Source: an uncultured Bacteroidota bacterium (lineage in GTDB: Bacteria > Bacteroidota > Bacteroidia > Bacteroidales > CG2-30-32-10). Taken from it: a stretch of DNA of 64,000 nucleotides. Under the pieces are notes generated by a model that had not been told where the DNA came from, ran no database searches, and saw only the letters and a program-made list of their open reading frames with translations. Shown here piece after piece: positions 56,438 to 64,000 of this stretch. Location of the stretch: positions 9,878-73,877 of the forward strand of contig CAWHOW010000045.1 of assembly GCA_963831005.1 (NCBI GenBank), in the 5' to 3' direction. A program made the position numbers and the translations under genes. Position 1 is the first letter of the stretch. Each line of letters starts with the position of its first letter.

Positions 56438-59071
56438 TTATCTAAGCAATTGAACACACCCGGTAAGAGTTCTTTTCTTAATGCCATTAAGCCGGTATTC
56501 ATATACATCGCAAACATAAAAGTAAACGCCATCACTGCAATCAAGTTGTGTATATTTATCTTTTCCATCCCACATAATATGAGGGTTTTCAGTGGTAAAC
56601 ACTATTTTTCCCCAGCGGTTGAAAATCTGCATATTTACTTTCTGAACGAAATCGCAGCAAGGGGGAAAGAGAGGGCTGTCAAATGGGCTGAAATAATAGC
56701 TGGATCCGTTATAACCACCTGCGTGGGTTGGTGTAAACACATTTGGAAGATGATATAAACTGCAACTGTCTATATCAAGGCAAATCTTATTACTATACAC
56801 GCTTTCATTATTGAATGAATCCAACGCGGTAACAACATAACAACCGGCAATGGTATTTATGCCCTGATGAATAAATGTGGTATCAAGTGCGCTATTGATA
56901 GTCGCAATTAAGGTATAATCACCGCCCACAACATCTGTATAATAGATTTTATATTTAACTACATCGTTGGCGCATGAATGATTCGGATCATTCCATGTCA
57001 ATGTATTGGTAATATTATCGCAATTAGGTATCACGCTTAATAAATTGGGGGGGCAAGGTGCAAAGTCATCTAATGCTAACCCGCAATTTATCTGCGAAAA
57101 GTTAATAATAGGATTAATAAGTCCCGATGCAAAATAACTGCCGATACTTTTCACTTTATAGCAATAAGTGGTGCTGTCTTTCAGCCCTGTATCTGTATAT
57201 TTTGTTGTAAGAGAATATCCGATAGAATCGAAAACAGGAGGCGTTGCAGTATTTTTCCTGTAAACCACAAAAGTGTCATTCATCCAGGGGACATTGGGTT
57301 CAAAATTAAGCTCCAACTGATTGTTGCCAGGATGAGAAAAGGTAAGATATATAGAAGATGCTTTTTGAGTAGATCCTATCAGAAAACGGTTACCGGGCGT
57401 TTCATTCCATAAATCAATGCGATACGACCAGGGAGTTGCAACAGTATTTATAGAAGAATCAACCAATGTAGTATCATTTAGATTACTCAAAGAATCCATA
57501 AGTGTAAGGTGGCTTCCGGTAAAATCGTTTGAGTGATAAATAAGATATTTATATGGACCCGTAGCATGGGTTGTATCGAGGGCACTAGGCTTCGACCATG
57601 CAACATAAATAGAACCATTTACGGCATCGGTATTGTTCACGCTGACATTAGTAATTATAGGAACATCTTTAATAAGTGTAGCACAGGCTTCGTTCGAAGC
57701 ATAACTTTGGGCGCCATCGTTAAAATAAGCTACCACCATATAACAGTAATCAATGCCATGAATTAAGCCGTTTCCATCATTGTTATCAGTAAAAGTTGTA
57801 TCGCCTACACCTGAAACGTTAGCTATTTGAACATAACCGGTATAAGCAGGAACACCTGTTTGGCAAGGGCCGTGAATATATCCATAGAAACCATTTCTTC
57901 TATAAATATAATAGCCCACAGCTTTGGTGCAAGGACTTTCATCCCAAATAAGGTTAATGCTGTTGCCCATGGGCGAAGCAACGAGATTAGGAGGCGCCGG
58001 GGCAACAACTGTAATCATCATCGATTGTATAGCTGTAAGATTTATAGGGCTTGCATTATCAGTAGCAATGAATGTCATTTCATAAGGCTGCTCCCGAACA
58101 TGATCGCAATCAGTTTGCCAGCTGAAAAGAGATGTAGTGGAATTCAAATTTGAGGTACTGTCGAAAACAGCAGGGCTTGAAGAAAGTATTAGTGGTTCTC
58201 CGCTGGCTGTAAGCGTTACAATCTCACCCGGATCGCATTGCGCATGGACATTAAATTTTAGCAGAGTGCCCTCCAGCACACAAGTATCTCTAAGCGGATT
58301 AATAACCGGGGGATGATCATTACAGGAAATGATTGTAATCTGCATATCTAAAGTGAATTGACAGACCAATTGACCGTTTCGCCATTCCTGGATAAGTATA
58401 GCAACATTATATGCTCCTTGCTGTTCGGGACTATTCCAGAGAAGACTGCCTGTAACTGCATTTATTCCAAAAGAAGTACTGGCCGCGGGATATGTATATC
58501 CAGCAATATCAAGTCCGTCGGTAGTTTTGCAAGGAATCATTGAATAAGATAAACTATCGCCATTAGTGCTGTATGCACCGGGGTTATATATAAAAGGTTC
58601 ATTCAGGCAACCGCTTTCAATAGGAGGATTTAAAATTTGAGGCGAATTACCGGGAGTAACAAATGGATTTATTACAAGCACCGTTTGGACATAAAAAGGA
58701 ACATTAACGGAATTTGGAATGTTGATTATTCCAGCATTTCGATTGGGATCAGTTAAAGAAATTAAATAGGTGTCATTACCGGGAAATGTATGCGGAGTAG
58801 TTTGATATACATTAATGCTAACTTCATCTGAAGAAGGACCAACAGGCTGCTTGTATAGCCTGTTTATTACGGAAGTTGTACCGTCACCCCAATCGATTGT
58901 GTAGGTTGGTCTGTCCGCTGGACTTAAGGTATTCGTATAAGTTATTATAGTGAAATTATAGGTAAGACCACCTGCATAGGTATATGTTATATATCCGGCA
59001 CGCATGTGAGTGGCAAATGCTACAGTAACTAAAAAAATATTCAGGAAAAATAGTAAGAAATTCTTTTTCAT
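56438..59071 (-). CDS. large surface protein with gliding-motility-associated (T9SS type-B) C-terminal domain
   Basis: Signal peptide and multiple beta-rich modules. The C-terminus LPNVFTP....N..F.P........V.MQIFNRWGKIVF....P...WDGK......C.DGVYFYVC. Confidence 0.8.
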   Translation of the reverse strand: MKKNFLLFFLNIFLVTVAFATHMRAGYITYTYAGGLTYNFTIITYTNTLSPADRPTYTIDWGDGTTSVINRLYKQPVGPSSDEVSINVYQTTPHTFPGNDTYLISLTDPNRNAGIINIPNSVNVPFYVQTVLVINPFVTPGNSPQILNPPIESGCLNEPFIYNPGAYSTNGDSLSYSMIPCKTTDGLDIAGYTYPAASTSFGINAVTGSLLWNSPEQQGAYNVAILIQEWRNGQLVCQFTLDMQITIISCNDHPPVINPLRDTCVLEGTLLKFNVHAQCDPGEIVTLTASGEPLILSSSPAVFDSTSNLNSTTSLFSWQTDCDHVREQPYEMTFIATDNASPINLTAIQSMMITVVAPAPPNLVASPMGNSINLIWDESPCTKAVGYYIYRRNGFYGYIHGPCQTGVPAYTGYVQIANVSGVGDTTFTDNNDGNGLIHGIDYCYMVVAYFNDGAQSYASNEACATLIKDVPIITNVSVNNTDAVNGSIYVAWSKPSALDTTHATGPYKYLIYHSNDFTGSHLTLMDSLSNLNDTTLVDSSINTVATPWSYRIDLWNETPGNRFLIGSTQKASSIYLTFSHPGNNQLELNFEPNVPWMNDTFVVYRKNTATPPVFDSIGYSLTTKYTDTGLKDSTTYCYKVKSIGSYFASGLINPIINFSQINCGLALDDFAPCPPNLLSVIPNCDNITNTLTWNDPNHSCANDVVKYKIYYTDVVGGDYTLIATINSALDTTFIHQGINTIAGCYVVTALDSFNNESVYSNKICLDIDSCSLYHLPNVFTPTHAGGYNGSSYYFSPFDSPLFPPCCDFVQKVNMQIFNRWGKIVFTTENPHIMWDGKDKYTQLDCSDGVYFYVCDVYEYRLNGIKKRTLTGCVQLLR

Positions 59072-59263
59072 GAAATCGCCTGTCTGAAAGGAAACACTAA
59101 ATTATAGATATTATTATATATGCGAATTGAAATTTTGCTTTTTAACATAAGTTTAACGAAAGTTTCCTCGTATGTAAAATGTGTTATTGTTGTTTATCAA
59201 TTATCAGAAAACATCAATTATTATCAAAAAAGAAATAATGAATGCTAATCTAATAATTCTTAA

Positions 59264-61030
59264 TTAAAAATCAATCTCCAAATCGAATTTGTCTTTCAGC
59301 TTTTTAATGGCGGGGTTTTTCTCAGCCATCTTCTTGAACTTTTCCTGTGGCGTAAAAGGCTTAATGTTTTCGGGGTTCTTGTTAACAACCGTCTGAAATT
59401 GCAGCTTGGCGTTTTTCAGTTCGCCTCGCAGAAAAGTAAGCATATCCATTTTGCGGTCGGTAAGTTCCTTTTCCTGCACCACGTTATCGATGGTAAGTTC
59501 AATGGTAAAATCCTCTTTCAGCTCGGGCATGCGCGAGGTTAGCGTAATGTAGAAATCGGGGCTTTGCAGCTTAAAGGTTTCGGCATACGCCATCCACACC
59601 TTTTCGAACTGCTCCCGGGTAAATTCTTCCGAAGGCTTTTCATAAGCGGCATCGGCTTCCTCGGCTTTAATGATCTCGGTGCTGGTTTTTTTCTTTTCGG
59701 TCTCAGCCAGCGATTCATTAATGGAAATGGTGCCTGTCATTATCTTTTTAACCGGAGGCTTTGCAGCGGGTTCAGCAACAATATTGGCGGGAGGTTCTTC
59801 CTTCTTCACTTCAACTTTAGGTTCCTCTGTCTTCTTAACTGTTTCCTGCACTACTGGTTTGGGAGGTGTGGCGGCAGCTTTAGCAATTGGTTTAATAGCT
59901 TCCGTTTTAACCGTTTCTTTAAAAGGGTTATTGGCCGAAGTAATGGAGCACATCTGCATCAGCGCCAGCTCGATCATAAGGCGTTTGTTGTTGGCTGCTT
60001 TATAATTCACATCGCATTTGGCCACAAGGTCGAGGGAGCGAAGCAGGAAATCGGGAGGACAGCTTTGCGCCTGCTTGCCGTACTTATCGCGTATGTTTTC
60101 GCCCACTTCAAGCAGTTTAAGCGTAGAAGGATCGATGCAGACCAAAAGATTCCTGAAATGCTCGCCAAGCCCGTTAATAAAGTGGTGCCCGTCGAAACCA
60201 TGTTCAAGTATTTCGTTCAGTATAAGCAGGGTTTCAGGTATGTTTCCGGCAAGGAGATAATCGGTAACATTAAAGAAATAGTCATAATCCAGTACATTCA
60301 GGTTATCAATCACCGCTTTGTAAGTAACGCCGTCATCGCCGGCAAAGCTCACTATCTGGTCGAAGATTGACAAAGCATCGCGTAAAGCGCCATCGGCTTT
60401 CTGGGCAATGATGTGCAGTGCATCAGGTTCGGCCGAAACATGTTCGCTTTCGGCAACAAAGGCAAGATGCTTGGCAATATCATCAATAGTGATGCGGTTA
60501 AAGTCGAATATCTGGCAGCGCGAAAGTATGGTAGGAATTATTTTGTGTTTCTCGGTAGTGGCAAGGATGAATTTAGCGTAAGCGGGCGGTTCTTCCAGTG
60601 TTTTCAGGAAAGCATTGAAAGCAGAAGCCGACAGCATGTGAACTTCATCGATGATGTATATCTTGTATTCTCCCACCTGCGGCGGTATCCTGACCTGGTC
60701 AACAAGGTTGCGGATGTCGTCAACAGAGTTATTTGAAGCGGCATCCAGTTCGAACACATTGAACGAATTGGATGTATTGAACGACTGGCAGGGCTTGCAG
60801 GTGTTGCAGGCTTCCATGTTCGGTGAAAGGTTTTCGCAGTTGATGGTCTTTGCAAGTATGCGGGCGCAGGTAGTTTTGCCAACGCCACGAGGGCCGCAAA
60901 AAAGAAAAGCCTGTGCCAGATGATGGCTGCGGATGGCATTTTTAAGGGTAGAAGTAATAGCCCTCTGTCCCACTACCGTGTCGAATGTAACAGGTCTGTA
61001 CTTCCTGGCCGATACAATAAAGTTTTCCAT
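59264..61030 (-). CDS. dnaX: DNA polymerase III subunits gamma/tau
   Basis: ARKYRP..F..VVGQ, Walker A GPRGVGKTT, a Zn module C..C..C..C, DEVHMLS and SRCQ. Confidence 0.95.
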   Translation of the reverse strand: MENFIVSARKYRPVTFDTVVGQRAITSTLKNAIRSHHLAQAFLFCGPRGVGKTTCARILAKTINCENLSPNMEACNTCKPCQSFNTSNSFNVFELDAASNNSVDDIRNLVDQVRIPPQVGEYKIYIIDEVHMLSASAFNAFLKTLEEPPAYAKFILATTEKHKIIPTILSRCQIFDFNRITIDDIAKHLAFVAESEHVSAEPDALHIIAQKADGALRDALSIFDQIVSFAGDDGVTYKAVIDNLNVLDYDYFFNVTDYLLAGNIPETLLILNEILEHGFDGHHFINGLGEHFRNLLVCIDPSTLKLLEVGENIRDKYGKQAQSCPPDFLLRSLDLVAKCDVNYKAANNKRLMIELALMQMCSITSANNPFKETVKTEAIKPIAKAAATPPKPVVQETVKKTEEPKVEVKKEEPPANIVAEPAAKPPVKKIMTGTISINESLAETEKKKTSTEIIKAEEADAAYEKPSEEFTREQFEKVWMAYAETFKLQSPDFYITLTSRMPELKEDFTIELTIDNVVQEKELTDRKMDMLTFLRGELKNAKLQFQTVVNKNPENIKPFTPQEKFKKMAEKNPAIKKLKDKFDLEIDF

Positions 61031-61150
61031 TTTTTATGTTAGAAAGATGACAAATATAGAATAATTTTTAGAAAGTGAAAGGGGGAAAATGGCAGAAAGG
61101 ATTTCGATGCAAATAAAATTATTCTTCGTCAGAATATCTGAATAAAGCAT

Positions 61151-61158
61151 TATTTTTG
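61151..61158 (+). promoter_or_regulatory. candidate -7 box (TAnnTTTG)
   Basis: TATTTTTG lies 17 nt upstream of the ATG at 61175. Confidence 0.35.
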
Positions 61159-61174
61159 AAGAAATATTTCCACG

Positions 61175-61477
61175 ATGATTAAACATATTGTTTGCTGGAC
61201 ATTGAAGGAGAATGCCGACGGGTGTAGCAAAAAGGAGAATCTGGCAAGAGTTAAGACAACCCTTGAAGCTCTGAAAGGAAAGATCCCTGTTGTCCGTTCA
61301 CTTGAGATAGGCCTTAACTTTGACAATACACCCGATGCTTTTGATATTTCGCTTTACGCTGAATTCAACAGCAAAGAAGACCTGAAGGTTTACCAGGAAC
61401 ATCCCGAACATCTTGCCGTTGTGCAGCTTTTGCGAAAGGTTAGGGATAAAAAGGTAGTAGTGGATTATGAAATTTAA
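61175..61477 (+). CDS. Dabb-family stress-responsive alpha/beta-barrel protein
   Basis: 100 aa; MIKHIVCW.LKE start and ...Y..HP.H... pattern. Confidence 0.85.
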   Translation: MIKHIVCWTLKENADGCSKKENLARVKTTLEALKGKIPVVRSLEIGLNFDNTPDAFDISLYAEFNSKEDLKVYQEHPEHLAVVQLLRKVRDKKVVVDYEI

Positions 61478-61558
61478 CTTCTCCGAAGAAATAATAATAA
61501 TTATAAAAACGATTTTTTAATTTTGCGACTAAATTTCCGACATATAAATACTAAAGAT

Positions 61559-62191
61559 ATGGCACCAGAATCGTCAATACACATTCATAGTGAAAACAGA
61601 CTAGAACTTATTACAGGCCTACTAATAGCTGTATTTGCTGCGATACTCGCCATTGTTGAACTTGGCGCGGGCAAGTTCGGTAAAGAACAAATATTGGCTA
61701 ATAACCAGAAAACAGAAGCCTATCAGTGGTATCAGTCGAAATCCATCAAGCAAACCCTTACCGAATCACATCGTGATTTGATAAATACACTTATAGCAGG
61801 TGGAATTATTGATGAGAGCAAAAAGGGTGCTATTGACAAATACGAAACCACTCTTGATAAGAATATCAAGAAATATGACAAGGAAAAGAATGAAATCCTG
61901 AAAGGTTCTGATGTTGTAGGAAAAGACAACTGGATACAGGATAAAGATGGCAAAATGGGAGTAATTATAGGTGCTGACGAATGGGAAACCAAAGCACTTA
62001 AATTAGGCGAAGCCTGCGACACTTTTGAACTGGCCATATTGTTCTTGCAGATATGCCTTGTAATGGGCGCCATATCGCTTGTTATTAAGCAAGATAACCT
62101 AAAAAGGACTTTCCTTTTTGTTATGTCAGCACTTGGAATAATCGGGATGATCTATGGTACTTATGCCTTCATGCTTACCCATGCTGTTTAG
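61559..62191 (+). CDS. DUF4337-like membrane protein
   Basis: ATG 61559. An N-terminal TM, a central helical region (AYQWYQSKSIKQ) and two C-terminal TM helices, as recalled for DUF4337. Confidence 0.55.
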   Translation: MAPESSIHIHSENRLELITGLLIAVFAAILAIVELGAGKFGKEQILANNQKTEAYQWYQSKSIKQTLTESHRDLINTLIAGGIIDESKKGAIDKYETTLDKNIKKYDKEKNEILKGSDVVGKDNWIQDKDGKMGVIIGADEWETKALKLGEACDTFELAILFLQICLVMGAISLVIKQDNLKRTFLFVMSALGIIGMIYGTYAFMLTHAV

Positions 62192-62207
62192 CTATGGCAA
62201 CGATTAA

Positions 62208-62657
62208 ATGAAGAATTTCTCAGCTTACTTAGCTAACTCATTCAAAGGCATTATGATGCTTCTGGCGGCATCGCTTGTGTTCATTATTTTTATTTCGGTT
62301 TTTCCAATTATCGGGTCATTCACTACCAGCGATTTCCCGCTTAAAAATGTTTTGCTTGACAACCTGCATTTGCTTGTTATACTGTGTGCAATAAGCATCC
62401 CACTTGGTTTTTTTCTCGGCTTTCTTGCAGGTATGCTGAAGCGTAAACGCATTTTTTGGATGATAATGCTTGGACTCGTATTCTACTGGCTAATGTTGCT
62501 GCTTGTGATATTGGCCATGTCGAAGTTTTCACTCAAGGGAAACGATATAGTGGAGATACTGCAACTATCAGTATGGGCCATGCTTGCCTATTCCATGTTT
62601 GCTGTTCCACTAGTGATACTAGCCGTATTTCTGCTGGAAAAATGGACACGGAAATGA
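62208..62657 (+). CDS. hypothetical integral membrane protein
   Basis: 149 aa with four hydrophobic helices. No family recognised. Confidence 0.5.
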   Translation: MKNFSAYLANSFKGIMMLLAASLVFIIFISVFPIIGSFTTSDFPLKNVLLDNLHLLVILCAISIPLGFFLGFLAGMLKRKRIFWMIMLGLVFYWLMLLLVILAMSKFSLKGNDIVEILQLSVWAMLAYSMFAVPLVILAVFLLEKWTRK

Positions 62658-62719
62658 ACACCCTTATAGGGATTCATAAATATTTCATTATCAGTTATTG
62701 TTTTATGAATTATTTTTTA

Positions 62720-62836
62720 TACTTTTGCCGTCCGTTTAATACCGATACAGAACTGATTTGCAAAAAAAGTACTTTATATATGTTCCTATCGGCATAACTC
62801 GTTCTAATCACTTTTTGCAAAACTGATAAGAACGAG
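62720..62836 (+). promoter_or_regulatory. candidate promoter (-7 box TACTTTTG) plus structured 5' leader of the rpsF operon
   Basis: TACTTTTG at 62720..62727. A 9-bp stem actcgttct/agaacgagt at 62797..62837 lies about 40 nt upstream of the rpsF ATG, and the implied UTR is about 150 nt. Confidence 0.35.
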
Positions 62837-62878
62837 TATAAATCAATTATTAATTAACTTATTAAAAACTAACAAACA

Positions 62879-63229
62879 ATGGTAAATCAGTACGAAACCG
62901 TTTTCATAATGACTCCCGTTTTATCTGATGATCAGATGAAGGAAGCGGTAAGCAAATTCCATAAGCTGTTGACTGACAAAGGTGCAGAGATAGTTTTTGA
63001 GAACAACTGGGGACTAAGGAAATTGGCTTATCCAATTCAAAAGAAATCGACAGGCTTTTATTACCTGATCGAATTTAAAGCAGAAGGTGAAATCATAAAG
63101 GATTTCGAAATCGCTTACAAACGCGATGAAAGAATTCTACGCTTTATGACGGTGAAACTCGACAAGCATTCAATTGCTTACAATGCAAAGAAAAGAGACA
63201 AACCTAAAGCTGAGAAAGCAACAGTTTAA
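62879..63229 (+). CDS. rpsF: 30S ribosomal protein S6
   Basis: [15 protein letters not shown]...WG.RKLAYPI.K...G.Y. Confidence 0.95.
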   Translation: MVNQYETVFIMTPVLSDDQMKEAVSKFHKLLTDKGAEIVFENNWGLRKLAYPIQKKSTGFYYLIEFKAEGEIIKDFEIAYKRDERILRFMTVKLDKHSIAYNAKKRDKPKAEKATV

Positions 63230-63259
63230 ACCAATTCATTAATCCAAAAAGAGAAAAAA

Positions 63260-63529
63260 ATGAGTGCAGCAAATTCAGAAATAAGATATCTTACTCCTAT
63301 TAACGTTGACGTTAAGAAGAAGAAATATTGCCGTTTTAAGAAAAGCGGTATAAAATATATTGATTATAAAGATGCCGACTTCCTGCTGAAGTTTATTAAC
63401 GAGCAGGGAAAGATACTTCCTAAAAGATTGACCGGGACTTCTGATAAATATCAGAGGAAAATTGCCCAGGCTGTTAAAAAAGCAAGGCATATTGCATTAT
63501 TACCTTACGTTGGTGATTTATTAAAATAA
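63260..63529 (+). CDS. rpsR: 30S ribosomal protein S18
   Basis: [16 protein letters not shown]...L.KFI.E.GKILP.R.TG.S.KYQR....A.K.AR..ALLPYV. Confidence 0.95.
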   Translation: MSAANSEIRYLTPINVDVKKKKYCRFKKSGIKYIDYKDADFLLKFINEQGKILPKRLTGTSDKYQRKIAQAVKKARHIALLPYVGDLLK

Positions 63530-63541
63530 GGAGGACTTACA

Positions 63542-63991
63542 ATGGAAGTTATACTAAAACAAGACATAAATAACCTCGGATATAAAAACGACGTTATCAA
63601 GGTAAAGAATGGCTATGGCAGAAATTACCTTATCCCAAAAGGATTGGCAATTACAGCTACTGAAACAAATAAGAAGATTGTTACAGAAACACAGAAGCAG
63701 AGAGCTTTTAAAGATGAGAAGATCAAGAAAGAAGCTCAGAAAATTGCTGATGCATTACAGAATATTTCATTGAAGATAGGCGCTAAAGCAGGAACATCAG
63801 GTAAAATATTCGGTTCGGTAAATGCTCTCCAAATAGCCGATGCTATTCAGAAACAATTCAATTATGAGATCGACCGTAAGAAGATAATCGTTGACGGTGA
63901 TGCAATAAAAGAACTGGGAATGTATACTGCAAAAGTTAACCTTCATAAAGAAATAAAACTTGAAGTGAAATTTGAAGTAGTAGCTGAATAA
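63542..63991 (+). CDS. rplI: 50S ribosomal protein L9
   Basis: MEVILKQDI.NLG.K.D...VK.GY.RNYLIP.G.A..AT; conserved S6-S18-L9 gene order. Confidence 0.95.
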   Translation: MEVILKQDINNLGYKNDVIKVKNGYGRNYLIPKGLAITATETNKKIVTETQKQRAFKDEKIKKEAQKIADALQNISLKIGAKAGTSGKIFGSVNALQIADAIQKQFNYEIDRKKIIVDGDAIKELGMYTAKVNLHKEIKLEVKFEVVAE

Positions 63992-64000
63992 TACTTATAA

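Noticed and set aside
59680-59710. A-rich run (gaaaagaaaaaaacc on the coding strand) in dnaX as a programmed -1 frameshift site like that of E. coli
   Set aside because: The heptamer is not in the required X XXY YYZ phase as far as I can tell. No downstream stem-loop or nearby stop in the -1 frame was verified, so the idea is unsupported.

Overview
This is a low-GC chromosomal segment. I read it as Bacteroidota because it carries several type IX secretion (T9SS) C-terminal sorting domains, a PorP/SprF gene, futalosine-pathway genes, and TAnnTTTG-type -7 boxes upstream of many genes. All homology calls come from motif recognition by eye; no database search was run.

Housekeeping genes:
- alaS, dnaX, ribE, hldD, mqnB/mqnD and rpsF-rpsR-rplI.
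- A xanthine-dehydrogenase-family operon, two thioredoxins, two paralogous MFS transporters, a TonB-dependent receptor and a NarL-type two-component pair.

Accessory material interspersed with these:
- Two complete IS elements (one IS982-like, one IS4-superfamily-like with a 6-bp target duplication).
- A frameshifted IS200/RAYT-like Y1 transposase gene next to four REP-like hairpins, sitting inside the xanthine dehydrogenase operon.
- Several families of palindromic or REP-like repeats.
- An AT-rich island with a DUF1643-like gene.
- A block of small unknown, possibly phage-derived, genes.
- A T9SS cargo cluster: a type-A CTD protein, a type-B CTD protein with PorP/SprF, a collagen-like protein and a PKD/glycine-rich protein.

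The signal I cannot explain with any known feature class is a set of four dispersed arrays of degenerate tandem repeats at about 3.5-3.9 kb, 19.2-19.8 kb, 38.9-39.5 kb and 54.25-54.9 kb.
- Each array keeps an exact 21-bp (7-codon, about two helical turns) register over 18-32 units with no indels, although the units have diverged strongly.
- Each array has its own consensus, and consensus-unit GC ranges from 33% to 62%.
- Three arrays stay open as long small-residue-rich heptad ORFs on the + strand (S/T-rich in two, Ala-rich in the third).
- The fourth array is closed by stop codons.
- Whether these are unusual heptad-repeat genes, decayed relatives of such genes, or non-coding phased protein- or RNA-binding arrays cannot be decided from the sequence alone.

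No rRNA, tRNA, CRISPR array or riboswitch was recognised.
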